Shown in pieces: positions 24,814 through 33,019 of a stretch of DNA of 40,121 bases. How positions within the stretch are numbered: position 1 is the first letter of the stretch; each line of letters begins with the position of its first letter. The notes beneath the pieces are model-generated. The model did not search any database. It was given only the letters and a program-made list of their open reading frames with translations, and was not told where the DNA came from. Source of the DNA: an uncultured Bacteroidales bacterium (GTDB lineage Bacteria; Bacteroidota; Bacteroidia; Bacteroidales; JBBRXJ01); contig CAYPTK010000002.1 of assembly GCA_964413555.1 (NCBI GenBank), positions 1-40,121 on the forward strand. Reading direction: 5' to 3'. The translations under genes were made by a program, and so were the position numbers.

Positions 24814-26816
24814 TCTGATGGAAGTTTTAATTCTTTTTTCTCCGGTATACTATCAGTAAAAGGATGTTCAATTTTTTTCTCCATAAATGTTATCGGGTCA
24901 AACTTTATAAAATGAATGGACTGGTTTTCATACCCGCTGTTATGATTAATTTTTTTAAAATTGTATTCTGCTTGCAATGGTAAATTCGGATTAAATTCTG
25001 ATATGCACGAGCGAAAATTTTTCCCGTGTTTTAAAAATGCTTGCAGGAAATAGTTTGTTATGTCATATCCCATCATACTGAAATTATATCCTTCAGATGA
25101 GATCCTGTGTATATCTGTATAAAAATACTTCCTGTATGCCCCGATGTACTCCTTTACCTTATAATCCTCAAAATCAATATAAAAAGGCGTATAATAAGTT
25201 AGTTGAAGGTCATAAAAAAATTCCATATCAATACTTCCAAACCTGGGCCAAATCGGGAGTCCGAATAGTTCTATCTCATAATTTTGGGAATACGGATGCA
25301 ATTTATTCATTACACGGTTAACAAATGTTTCTCTTTCAGACGGTATGATTATTAAATTTTTGGTGTCTTGTAATAACGCGTGCCTTATGCTCGTGTTCGT
25401 TGTATCAAAACAACGCACCTCTTTAAATAAGATATCTGTATCGTTTTTAACATATTCATATGAAAAATGGTTTTTCAGCTCTTCAGTATACTGCTTTTTA
25501 ATATCATAATCAGCTATATGGTCACTGTAAATCATCACGATATTCTTATTCGTGAATCGTGTAATATAAGAGCATGCCTGGTTGATCTCAAAATCTGAAG
25601 AAGGATTCACCTGGAAAGCGTAAGGATTGTCTTTAATCAAATACTGGTTGTTTGACAACGGGGACACTATATTGATCTCCCGTTTTTTAGCAAATTGTCC
25701 AACAATTTCAAAGTTATACGAATAAACGGGACCGATAATGATATCCATAGAATCCAGGAGCCTTTTTTTAATTAATTGTTTCACAACATTTGAATCGGCT
25801 TCGGTATCATAGGTATAAAAATTTATTTTAATGCCTTTTGCCTTTAATTTATGGAGTGCAATTAAGGCACCTTCATAAAATTGAAGAAAATTAACCGACT
25901 TGGGATAAATTTTATATTCATCCGTGTCTTCATCGTTTGAATTTTCTTCTTCGACATTACCGGTTTCGTTTACTGTATCCGGTAAATTATATCTTTCATT
26001 TTCTTCAAGCATATATGGCAGCAATAAGGCAATATTAACGGGGGCATCTGAAGGATAAAAATGTATTGTATCGCAATCCACTTCTTCAATCCACCGGATA
26101 GAATCGGCCAATACGCTATCTGCTATAAGCGTGTCTTTGAATGCAGTTATGTCTTCGGGTTCTATAGGTATTTTAATGATCTGTCCATATTTCAATCCTC
26201 TTTTCTTAATTTTATCATTGATTTCTTTAATCCTCGGGATGCTTATATTGAATTTCCTGGAAATAGAATACAGGGTTTCTTTTTTCTTCACTTTATAAAA
26301 AATAAAATCAAGACTGTCCTTAGAAAATGTCTCTTCTTTTTTCCTGGGTATTTTAATGACCTGGTTTACCTGGATATCACTGTATTCTACTTCGGGATTA
26401 TGTTTTTTAATTGTCTCAACTGATACTCCATATTTTCGTGAAAGGGAAAAAAGTGTTTCTCCTTCTTTCATAATATGATGTATGTATTTATCCCTGTCTT
26501 TTAATTCTACCTTCTCATAATTTTCATCTTTAACAGGTATCTTGAGTACCTGCCCTGCTTTAAGCCCACCAATGACATCATGATTGTGTTTTATAATGAC
26601 TTCCTGGGATACTTTGTATGCTTTACTTATTGAAAATAGTGTTTGCCCGGATTCTACAATATGGACATAAAATTTATCTTCTCCAATAACTACTTTTTCT
26701 GTAGATATATCAACAGGTACGGGAGGTTTTATAACCCCGAAAGCTGAAATATGTATTCCTGAAAAAAAATAAAAAAATAAAATGTAGAATAAAAAAACGC
26801 GATTTTTCATAAGCAC
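24807..26816 (-). CDS. LysM-repeat protein fused to a type-1 periplasmic-binding-protein-like domain
   Basis: 669 aa with a signal peptide and three LysM units (HIVESGQTLFSISKAY..., HIMKEGETLFSLSRKY..., YKVKKKETLYSISRKF...). A PBP1-like region of about 400 aa follows. Confidence 0.75.
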   Translation of the reverse strand: MLMKNRVFLFYILFFYFFSGIHISAFGVIKPPVPVDISTEKVVIGEDKFYVHIVESGQTLFSISKAYKVSQEVIIKHNHDVIGGLKAGQVLKIPVKDENYEKVELKDRDKYIHHIMKEGETLFSLSRKYGVSVETIKKHNPEVEYSDIQVNQVIKIPRKKEETFSKDSLDFIFYKVKKKETLYSISRKFNISIPRIKEINDKIKKRGLKYGQIIKIPIEPEDITAFKDTLIADSVLADSIRWIEEVDCDTIHFYPSDAPVNIALLLPYMLEENERYNLPDTVNETGNVEEENSNDEDTDEYKIYPKSVNFLQFYEGALIALHKLKAKGIKINFYTYDTEADSNVVKQLIKKRLLDSMDIIIGPVYSYNFEIVGQFAKKREINIVSPLSNNQYLIKDNPYAFQVNPSSDFEINQACSYITRFTNKNIVMIYSDHIADYDIKKQYTEELKNHFSYEYVKNDTDILFKEVRCFDTTNTSIRHALLQDTKNLIIIPSERETFVNRVMNKLHPYSQNYEIELFGLPIWPRFGSIDMEFFYDLQLTYYTPFYIDFEDYKVKEYIGAYRKYFYTDIHRISSEGYNFSMMGYDITNYFLQAFLKHGKNFRSCISEFNPNLPLQAEYNFKKINHNSGYENQSIHFIKFDPITFMEKKIEHPFTDSIPEKKELKLPSEW

Positions 26817-26817
26817 T

Positions 26818-27774
26818 TTATTTGTTTACATTATTATTAAGCCATTGCATAATATTTTGTTCAATCCGTCCTAAAACATCTGAACTTTCAGCTTTCTGAA
26901 ATGATTCACCGGTAATTTTTTCATATAATTCTATGTATCGTTCGGATACTTGTTGAATAAATTCATCATGCATTTCCGGGACCTGCTGGCCTTCTTGACC
27001 CTGAAACCCGTTTGCTATAAGCCATTCTCTTACAAATTCCTTGGATAATTGTTTTTGTTTCTCACCTTTTTGCTGTCTTTCTTCATATCCTTCTGCATAA
27101 AAATAACGTGATGAGTCAGGGGTATGTATTTCATCAAGCAAAATAACGCGGCCGTCATGTATTCCAAATTCATATTTCGTGTCAACCAGGATCAGGCCCT
27201 TTTCAGCAGCAGTTTTTGTACCTCTTTCAAATAACCGGAGGCTGTATTCTTCTAGTTTTTTATAATCATCCCCGGGAACCAACCCCTGCTGAATGATTTC
27301 TTCCCTTGAAATATCAATATCATGTCCCTGGTGCGCTTTAGTGGTGGGTGTAATGATAGGATTATCAAACCGGTCATGTTCTTTCATGTTATCAGGTAAA
27401 GGAACACCACATAATGTTCTCTTTCCATCGCGATATTCTCTCCATGCATGGCCTGTTAAATATCCACGAACCACCATTTCCACTTCATACGGTTTTGCTT
27501 TGTATCCTATAGTGACCATGGGATCAGGTGATTCAATTTTCCAATTCGGGACGATGTCTTTGGTTTCATCCAAAAATTGTGTGGCAATCTGGTTCAATAC
27601 CTGCCCTTTATAAGGAATCCCCCTGGGAAGTATTACATCAAATGCTGATATCCGGTCACTTACAATCATAATTAACAAATCGTCATCCAAATAATATACA
27701 TCCCTTACTTTACCGTTATAGCTCTTTTGCTGTCCGGGAAAATCAAATGATGTTTTAATGATTGCTTCTTCCAT
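26818..27774 (-). CDS. purC: Phosphoribosylaminoimidazole-succinocarboxamide (SAICAR) synthase
   Basis: 318 aa of the long bacteroidetal form, with [27 protein letters not shown] and [10 protein letters not shown]. Confidence 0.9.
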   Translation of the reverse strand: MEEAIIKTSFDFPGQQKSYNGKVRDVYYLDDDLLIMIVSDRISAFDVILPRGIPYKGQVLNQIATQFLDETKDIVPNWKIESPDPMVTIGYKAKPYEVEMVVRGYLTGHAWREYRDGKRTLCGVPLPDNMKEHDRFDNPIITPTTKAHQGHDIDISREEIIQQGLVPGDDYKKLEEYSLRLFERGTKTAAEKGLILVDTKYEFGIHDGRVILLDEIHTPDSSRYFYAEGYEERQQKGEKQKQLSKEFVREWLIANGFQGQEGQQVPEMHDEFIQQVSERYIELYEKITGESFQKAESSDVLGRIEQNIMQWLNNNVNK

Positions 27775-27787
27775 AGTTTAATAAATT

Positions 27788-28738
27788 TTAATGGTTAAAT
27801 TCATTTTTATACGCTTCTATTATTTCTTTTACAAGCTTATGCCGCACGATATCCCGTTTATCAAATTCAACCACGGCAATTCCTTCAACTCCTCTCAATA
27901 TCCTGATTCCCTGCACGAGTCCTGATTTTTGCCTTGCAGGCAAATCAATCTGCGTGGTATCACCGGTGACAATAAATCTCGTGTTTTTCCCCATCCGTGT
28001 TAAAAACATCTTCATCTGGTTGATCGTTGTATTTTGTGCTTCATCCAATATGACAAATGCATCATTTAATGTTCTTCCCCTCATAAATGCAAGGGGGGCA
28101 ATCTGAATGATGCCCTCTTCTACATATTCAACAAGTTTTTTAGACGGCACCATATCATGCAGTGCATCATATAGTGGTTGCAGGTATGGATCCAATTTTT
28201 CTTTCAGATCACCAGGCAAAAACCCCAAATGCTCTCCTGATTCTACTGCAGGCCTTGTTAATATGATCTTTTTAATTTCTTTATTTTTAAATGCTTTCAC
28301 TGCTAATGCAATGGCTGTATAAGTTTTCCCGGTTCCTGCCGGCCCCACTGCAAATAAAAGATCGTTTGTTTTGGTAAGTTCTACCAGGTTTTGCTGGTTG
28401 ATTGTCCTTGCTTTGATTGCTTTCCCGTTTTTCCCGTAAAGCAAAACATCAGTTGATGTATCTTCCTTATCAAACAGGAGTTGCTCATCATCACTGAGCA
28501 ATTGTTTAATAATATCTTCACTTAATGAATGAAAACGATTGTAATACTCAATTAACAAATTTATTTTTTCCTGAAATAAATATATTTGTTGTGATTCACC
28601 AATGGCCTTAATTTCATTTCCCCGCGAAATGAGTTTTAATTTTGGGAAATGCTTTTGCATAATCTTAAATTTTGTATGATTCACTCCCAAAATATGAATT
28701 GGATCAATATTTTCTAATGACAAAACTTTTTCGGCCAT
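27788..28738 (-). CDS. phoH: PhoH family ATPase
   Basis: 316 aa with Walker A GPAGTGKTY, Walker B FVILDEAQN, and the conserved GDTTQIDLP block. Confidence 0.9.
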   Translation of the reverse strand: MAEKVLSLENIDPIHILGVNHTKFKIMQKHFPKLKLISRGNEIKAIGESQQIYLFQEKINLLIEYYNRFHSLSEDIIKQLLSDDEQLLFDKEDTSTDVLLYGKNGKAIKARTINQQNLVELTKTNDLLFAVGPAGTGKTYTAIALAVKAFKNKEIKKIILTRPAVESGEHLGFLPGDLKEKLDPYLQPLYDALHDMVPSKKLVEYVEEGIIQIAPLAFMRGRTLNDAFVILDEAQNTTINQMKMFLTRMGKNTRFIVTGDTTQIDLPARQKSGLVQGIRILRGVEGIAVVEFDKRDIVRHKLVKEIIEAYKNEFNH

Positions 28739-28748
28739 AAATTTATAT

Positions 28749-28756
28749 TACTTTTG
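28749..28756 (+). promoter_or_regulatory. Candidate -7 box (TACTTTTG) for the + strand DUF62-mazG genes
   Basis: Fits TAnnTTTG and lies 74 nt upstream of the ATG at 28830. It forms an imperfect inverted repeat with CAAAGTAA (28764-28771), whose minus-strand reading TTACTTTG is one mismatch from the consensus and faces phoH. Confidence 0.3.
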
Positions 28757-28829
28757 AGAATTACAAAGTAAATATTTTTTTTGTATTTTTTTATTGCATT
28801 GGTGCTAAATAATAAAATTATCATATAAG

Positions 28830-29618
28830 ATGTCCATTATTACATTAACAACGGACTGGAATAAAAATGATTATTATGTTGGTGCTATAAAGGGAAATAT
28901 TTTAAAAAGATGTCATGACATATCGATCATTGACATATCACATGATATTCAGCCCTTTAATATTGCACAAGGTGCATTTGTATTACGAAACAGCTATCAT
29001 TTTTTCCCTGCCAATACCATTCATATTATCGGTATTAATAATGTTGATAATGCAGATCATGACTATTTATTAGTACACGCTGAACAGCATTATTTTATTG
29101 GCGTTGACAATGGGGTTTTTAGTCTGATTTTCAACAATATAAAACCTGAAAATATTTTAAAATTACCAAATCCAAAAGAAAATAAGGGGGTTACGTTTCC
29201 CTCGTTGTCTATATTTTCAGAAGCTGCATGCAAGATTGTCGAGGGTGAAAGCCTGGCATCTGTCGGGGAACAAACTGATTGTTTTAAAGAACGTGTCCCC
29301 ATACGTCCAATTGCTGACGAATCGGGCATTACCGGGAACATTATTTACATTGACTCCTATAAAAATGTCATCACCAATATCACGGAAAAATTTTTTACCG
29401 AATCGTTAAATAAAAAGTCATTTGAAATACTGGTACAAAGTAACCATTACAGAATAAAAAAGATAAGCCGGCATTATTCCGAGTCTCCTGTAGGTGAATT
29501 GGTGGCTGTATTTAATTCACTCGGACTATTGGAAATTGCAATAAATTGCGGCAACGCGGCAGATTTATTAAATCTTGATATTAATTCAAAAGTCAGAATT
29601 CGCTTTATAGATAAATAA
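28830..29618 (+). CDS. SAM hydroxide adenosyltransferase / DUF62 (chlorinase-fluorinase fold) family protein
   Basis: 262 aa. The N terminus reads IITLTTDWNKNDYYVGAIKG (family consensus LTDFG..D.YVG..KG). The C-terminal barrel ends GLLEIAIN.GNAA.LL. Confidence 0.75.
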   Translation: MSIITLTTDWNKNDYYVGAIKGNILKRCHDISIIDISHDIQPFNIAQGAFVLRNSYHFFPANTIHIIGINNVDNADHDYLLVHAEQHYFIGVDNGVFSLIFNNIKPENILKLPNPKENKGVTFPSLSIFSEAACKIVEGESLASVGEQTDCFKERVPIRPIADESGITGNIIYIDSYKNVITNITEKFFTESLNKKSFEILVQSNHYRIKKISRHYSESPVGELVAVFNSLGLLEIAINCGNAADLLNLDINSKVRIRFIDK

Positions 29619-29708
29619 TATTTAACTAAACGGATGAACAAAACGAATAAAAATAATCATTCTTTACACCAGGTTCCATCCGGCCATTAAAAATTAAAAG
29701 ATAAACAA

Positions 29709-30488
29709 ATGAAAGATACACCGGAATTATTCCAACAATTGCTTGATATTATGAACAAATTAAGAACTGGTTGCCCATGGGATAAAAAACAAACATTTGA
29801 GACATTAAGAAAGCTCACTATCGAAGAAACCTATGAACTGGGTGATGCCATTTTACAAAAAAACATGGATGAAATAAAAAAGGAACTGGGAGATCTGCTG
29901 TTGCATATTGTTTTTTATGCAAAATTAGGGGATGAACAAAACGCGTTTAACATCAATGACGTCATTGATGGAATTTGCAAAAAACTAATTTACAGACACC
30001 CTCATGTTTTCAGTGATACTAAAGTAGAAAATGCCGGGGAAGTCATGCAAAATTGGGAGGACTTAAAGCGCAAAGAAGGCACGAAATCTGTTTTAGCCGG
30101 GATTCCTGCTTCACTTCCAGCTCTTGTAAAAGCCAATCGTATACAGGAAAAAGTACGGGCTGTTGGATTTGACTGGGAGAAAAAAGACCAGATATGGGAT
30201 AAAATACAAGAAGAACTGGGAGAGCTAAAACAAGAAGTGAAGGACGAAAACCAGGAAGACATAGAGAATGAATTTGGAGACCTTATATTTTCAATTATCA
30301 ATGCAGCCAGATTATATGAAGTAGATCCCGAGAGTGCCCTGGAACGAACCAATCAAAAATTCATGAACAGGTTTAAATATTTAGAAGACCAAACTATTAA
30401 CAAGGGTGTTGCTTTAAAAAATATGACTTTAGACGAAATGAATGAAATCTGGAACCAGTCAAAAAAACACGATACAACCCGTGATTAA
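29709..30488 (+). CDS. mazG: Nucleoside triphosphate pyrophosphohydrolase MazG
   Basis: 259 aa with two tandem MazG domains: CPWDKKQTFETL..EETYEL..ELGDLLLHIVF, then a second E..ELK.E...EFGDLIFSIIN. Confidence 0.9.
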   Translation: MKDTPELFQQLLDIMNKLRTGCPWDKKQTFETLRKLTIEETYELGDAILQKNMDEIKKELGDLLLHIVFYAKLGDEQNAFNINDVIDGICKKLIYRHPHVFSDTKVENAGEVMQNWEDLKRKEGTKSVLAGIPASLPALVKANRIQEKVRAVGFDWEKKDQIWDKIQEELGELKQEVKDENQEDIENEFGDLIFSIINAARLYEVDPESALERTNQKFMNRFKYLEDQTINKGVALKNMTLDEMNEIWNQSKKHDTTRD

Positions 30489-30561
30489 AATATATAAGCC
30501 ATTGTGGATAGGCGTGATGAGTAAATATAATAGATAGTGTGATTATTGTATTATAATTACC

Positions 30562-30692
30562 GTCTATAAAGTCCGACTTCTTCGTTATACCTGATGGAAA
30601 AACAATCCATTTAAGCGAGTAAACTCCTTATTTTTCCATCTTCGCAAGCCTCGTTATCGAACATCATGATCCAAACACTTGACTTTATAGAC
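30562..30692. repeat. Structured intergenic element, copy A (between mazG and rpsP)
   Basis: A 12-bp terminal inverted repeat GTCTATAAAGTC (30562-30573) / GACTTTATAGAC (30681-30692) encloses a perfect 10-bp stem GATGGAAAAA (30593-30602) / TTTTTCCATC (30631-30640). The 3' block 30661-30696 recurs at 32331-32366 with 32/36 identity. Confidence 0.7.
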
Positions 30693-30743
30693 AGACTAAT
30701 TAAATAAAATTTATATTTTTTATTTCTAAATCAAATAATATTG

Positions 30744-30751
30744 TATCTTTG
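30744..30751 (+). promoter_or_regulatory. Candidate -7 box (TATCTTTG, followed by CAC) for rpsP-rimM
   Basis: Exact TAnnTTTG, 38 nt upstream of the rpsP ATG. It lies downstream of element A. Confidence 0.45.
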
Positions 30752-30788
30752 CACTCCATTTATTTTAAAATAAAAAATTAAAAATAAC

Positions 30789-31622
30789 ATGCCGGTACGA
30801 ATAAGATTAAGCAGACGAGGAAGAAGAAAACGTCCTTTTTATCATATCGTCGCAGCTGATAGCAGAGCCGCGAGGGGTGGACGGAACATTGAAAAAATAG
30901 GTTCTTATGATCCCACTACCATGCCCGAACAAGTTCAATTGGATTTTGACAAAGCCCTTTATTGGCTTGAAAAAGGTGCTCAACCAAGTGACACCTGCAA
31001 ATCCATCCTTTCACGTGAAGGTGTTTTGTTAAAAAAACATTTATTAAGAGGTGTCAGGAAAAATGCCATTACTGAAGAAGAAGCAAACAATAAATTCAAT
31101 GAATGGCTCAAACAAAGCAGGGAAAAAGCCAACGCTGTTAAGCAACAATTAACAAAAAAACAAAAGAAAGAAGAAAGCGAACGTTTAGAAAACGAAAAGA
31201 AAATAAATGAAAAACGGGCAGCTGATTTATTAAAGAAAAAATCTGAATTAGCAGAAGCGGCAGAAGCAGAAGCAAAAGAAGCAGCAGAAGCTGAACAACC
31301 CGGGGCAGATCAAGCTGAAGCCCCAAAAGATGATAAACAAGTCTCTGAAAAACAAGAGACTGCCGAAGCTTCACGGGAAAAAGAAGATAAAACAGCCGAA
31401 AAAGCAGAAGCCACGAAACAAAATGAGGAGACCGAAAATAAAGTAGAAGAGACACCTAAAGAAGAAAGCAAGGAAACAAAGGAAGAGGAAGCACCCAAAG
31501 CCTCTGAAGAAAAACAGGAAGAGAAAAAAGAAGTAAAAGAAGAGCCAAAAAACGAACAACAAGAAAATAAAAAGGAAGAGGAAGAAAAACAACAAGAAGG
31601 AGAGCAAGAAGAAAAAAGCTAA
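30789..31622 (+). CDS. rpsP: 30S ribosomal protein S16 with long Lys/Glu/Ala-rich C-terminal extension
   Basis: The N terminus MPVRIRLSRRGRRKRPFYHIVAADSRAARGGRNIEKIGSYDP is canonical S16. From about residue 111 onward it is a low-complexity K/E/A/Q tail. Confidence 0.9.
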   Translation: MPVRIRLSRRGRRKRPFYHIVAADSRAARGGRNIEKIGSYDPTTMPEQVQLDFDKALYWLEKGAQPSDTCKSILSREGVLLKKHLLRGVRKNAITEEEANNKFNEWLKQSREKANAVKQQLTKKQKKEESERLENEKKINEKRAADLLKKKSELAEAAEAEAKEAAEAEQPGADQAEAPKDDKQVSEKQETAEASREKEDKTAEKAEATKQNEETENKVEETPKEESKETKEEEAPKASEEKQEEKKEVKEEPKNEQQENKKEEEEKQQEGEQEEKS

Positions 31623-31631
31623 TCCTTCAAT

Positions 31632-32141
31632 ATGAAAAAAAACCTCTCATTTGCCGGTATACTGACCAAAACTCACGGAATAAAAGGGGGGATGATCATA
31701 CGAAACAATCTTAAACTTCCTGAAAATCTTATTCAAACGGAACTGGTTTTTATCGAAATAGATAAACAACCGGTTCCGTTTTTTATTGATGATTTTCAAA
31801 TAACTGACCCCAAAAGCGGCATCATTCATTTCAAACATGTTAATAATATAAATAAAGCAAGAGACATTCAACAATCCAGGGTGTTCATAGAAGCCACGGG
31901 ACAACAAACACGGGATGTAAATTTTTATGATTTTAAAGGCTATAAAGCATTTGAATTAAACCAGGGTGAAATTGGTGAGGTCTATGATATTAATGATAAT
32001 GAAAAAAACCCTTTTTTTATTATTAAGCAAGGCACTAAAGAATATTACGTTCCAATCAATTCCGAATTCATCAGGAATATTGATACTGATGAATGTTTTA
32101 TCGTGTTTGACCTACCGGAAGGATTGCTTGATTTATTTTAA
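31632..32141 (+). CDS. rimM: 16S rRNA processing protein RimM
   Basis: 169 aa. The N terminus is GILTKTHGIKGGMII (RimM G.I.k.hG.kG motif), with a PRC-barrel-like C terminus. It lies 9 nt after rpsP, the conserved gene order. Confidence 0.85.
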   Translation: MKKNLSFAGILTKTHGIKGGMIIRNNLKLPENLIQTELVFIEIDKQPVPFFIDDFQITDPKSGIIHFKHVNNINKARDIQQSRVFIEATGQQTRDVNFYDFKGYKAFELNQGEIGEVYDINDNEKNPFFIIKQGTKEYYVPINSEFIRNIDTDECFIVFDLPEGLLDLF

Positions 32142-32179
32142 ACACCTTCATTACCTGCAATTTAAAACTATGAATTACT

Positions 32180-32362
32180 GTCTGACAACTCGTGTATTCA
32201 GGGTATAACCATTCCTGACATTTTAGCGAAACGATGGTTTACACGGTTCCTTAGGTTTAAATGAGCAATTTGGGGTCAAGTGTAACGATGCCTGCCCCGT
32301 AAGTAAGAATGACTGTATCGGGGTTAGCGGACATTATGATTCAAACACTCGACTTTATAGAC
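32180..32362. repeat. Structured intergenic element, copy B (between rimM and the thioesterase gene)
   Basis: The 3' arm GACTTTATAGAC (32351-32362) is identical to copy A. The 5' arm GTCTGACAACTCG (32180-32192) is degenerate, with 9 Watson-Crick pairs plus 1 wobble out of 13. The inner stem AACCAT (32207-32212) / ATGGTT (32234-32239) encloses CATTTTAGCGA. Confidence 0.6.
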
Positions 32363-32367
32363 GGACA

Positions 32368-32823
32368 CTACTTAGGGGCTTTTTGAGTTAACAGGTCTAC
32401 ATCTATTTCAAATGCATTGATCTTTTCCCTCCATTCACCCGAGATATCCATCGAGACTTTGTCTTGAGGGTTATACCCAACCAAAACAGTATTATTCCAT
32501 GACTTGATCTGACCTGTTGCAATGTCCATTAAAAATTGCACCATCTCAATACTTTTATTCCCAATTCGTATAATCTTTGAATATGCTTCTATATTGTCTC
32601 TAAAATAAACAGGCTGAAGAAAATTCATATTAATATTGGCTATCACCAGGGAATCTTTACTTTGGTCAACATTGACATTTAAAATACTATCAAAATAATC
32701 CACCCTGGCAAGATCATAATAATGCTGTTGAACCCCGTTATTGATATGTCCCAGTGCATCTACATCGCTAATACGCTGCTGAATACGAATCCCGTGAAAG
32801 CATTTGTAACCTTTAATATTCAT
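32368..32823 (-). CDS. Hotdog-fold acyl-CoA thioesterase (4HBT / YbgC-like)
   Basis: 151 aa with the motif SDVDALGHINNGVQQHYYDLAR (family D.D..GH.NN..Y). Confidence 0.75.
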   Translation of the reverse strand: MNIKGYKCFHGIRIQQRISDVDALGHINNGVQQHYYDLARVDYFDSILNVNVDQSKDSLVIANINMNFLQPVYFRDNIEAYSKIIRIGNKSIEMVQFLMDIATGQIKSWNNTVLVGYNPQDKVSMDISGEWREKINAFEIDVDLLTQKAPK

Positions 32824-33019
32824 TTATTTATATTTTCTTATTTAGTATTAAATGAAGCCTGCAAGTTAAACAATAAATTAAATTGAAAAAAATGATTTTT
32901 ACCTCTTTATCAAATATATATTAATTTTCATGAAAAACTTTCAATGTATTTTTTTAATAAAAAATTATCCATTATTAAAAAATTTTATTAATTTTATGCT
33001 GATATAAAATATAAATATT

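Noticed and set aside
27788-30488. phoH, a SAM-degrading enzyme and mazG as a phage-derived or anti-phage module, since all three gene types are common phage auxiliary genes
   Set aside because: They sit among core housekeeping genes (purC, rpsP-rimM) and have normal bacterial lengths and domain structure. There are no phage structural, integrase or toxin genes. The SAM enzyme is the cellular DUF62 type, not a phage SAM lyase.
30574-30680. Element A as a Bacteroides-style invertible promoter (inverton) flanked by 12-bp inverted repeats
   Set aside because: No TAnnTTTG box occurs on either strand of the enclosed 107 bp. The candidate rpsP promoter lies outside it, and no site-specific recombinase gene is nearby.
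31138-31607. Three overlapping minus-strand ORFs (62-105 aa) rich in L/F/S opposite the rpsP tail
   Set aside because: They are mirror images of the purine-rich K/E coding tract: poly-pyrimidine antisense gives Phe/Leu/Ser runs without stops. There are no start context or promoter boxes.
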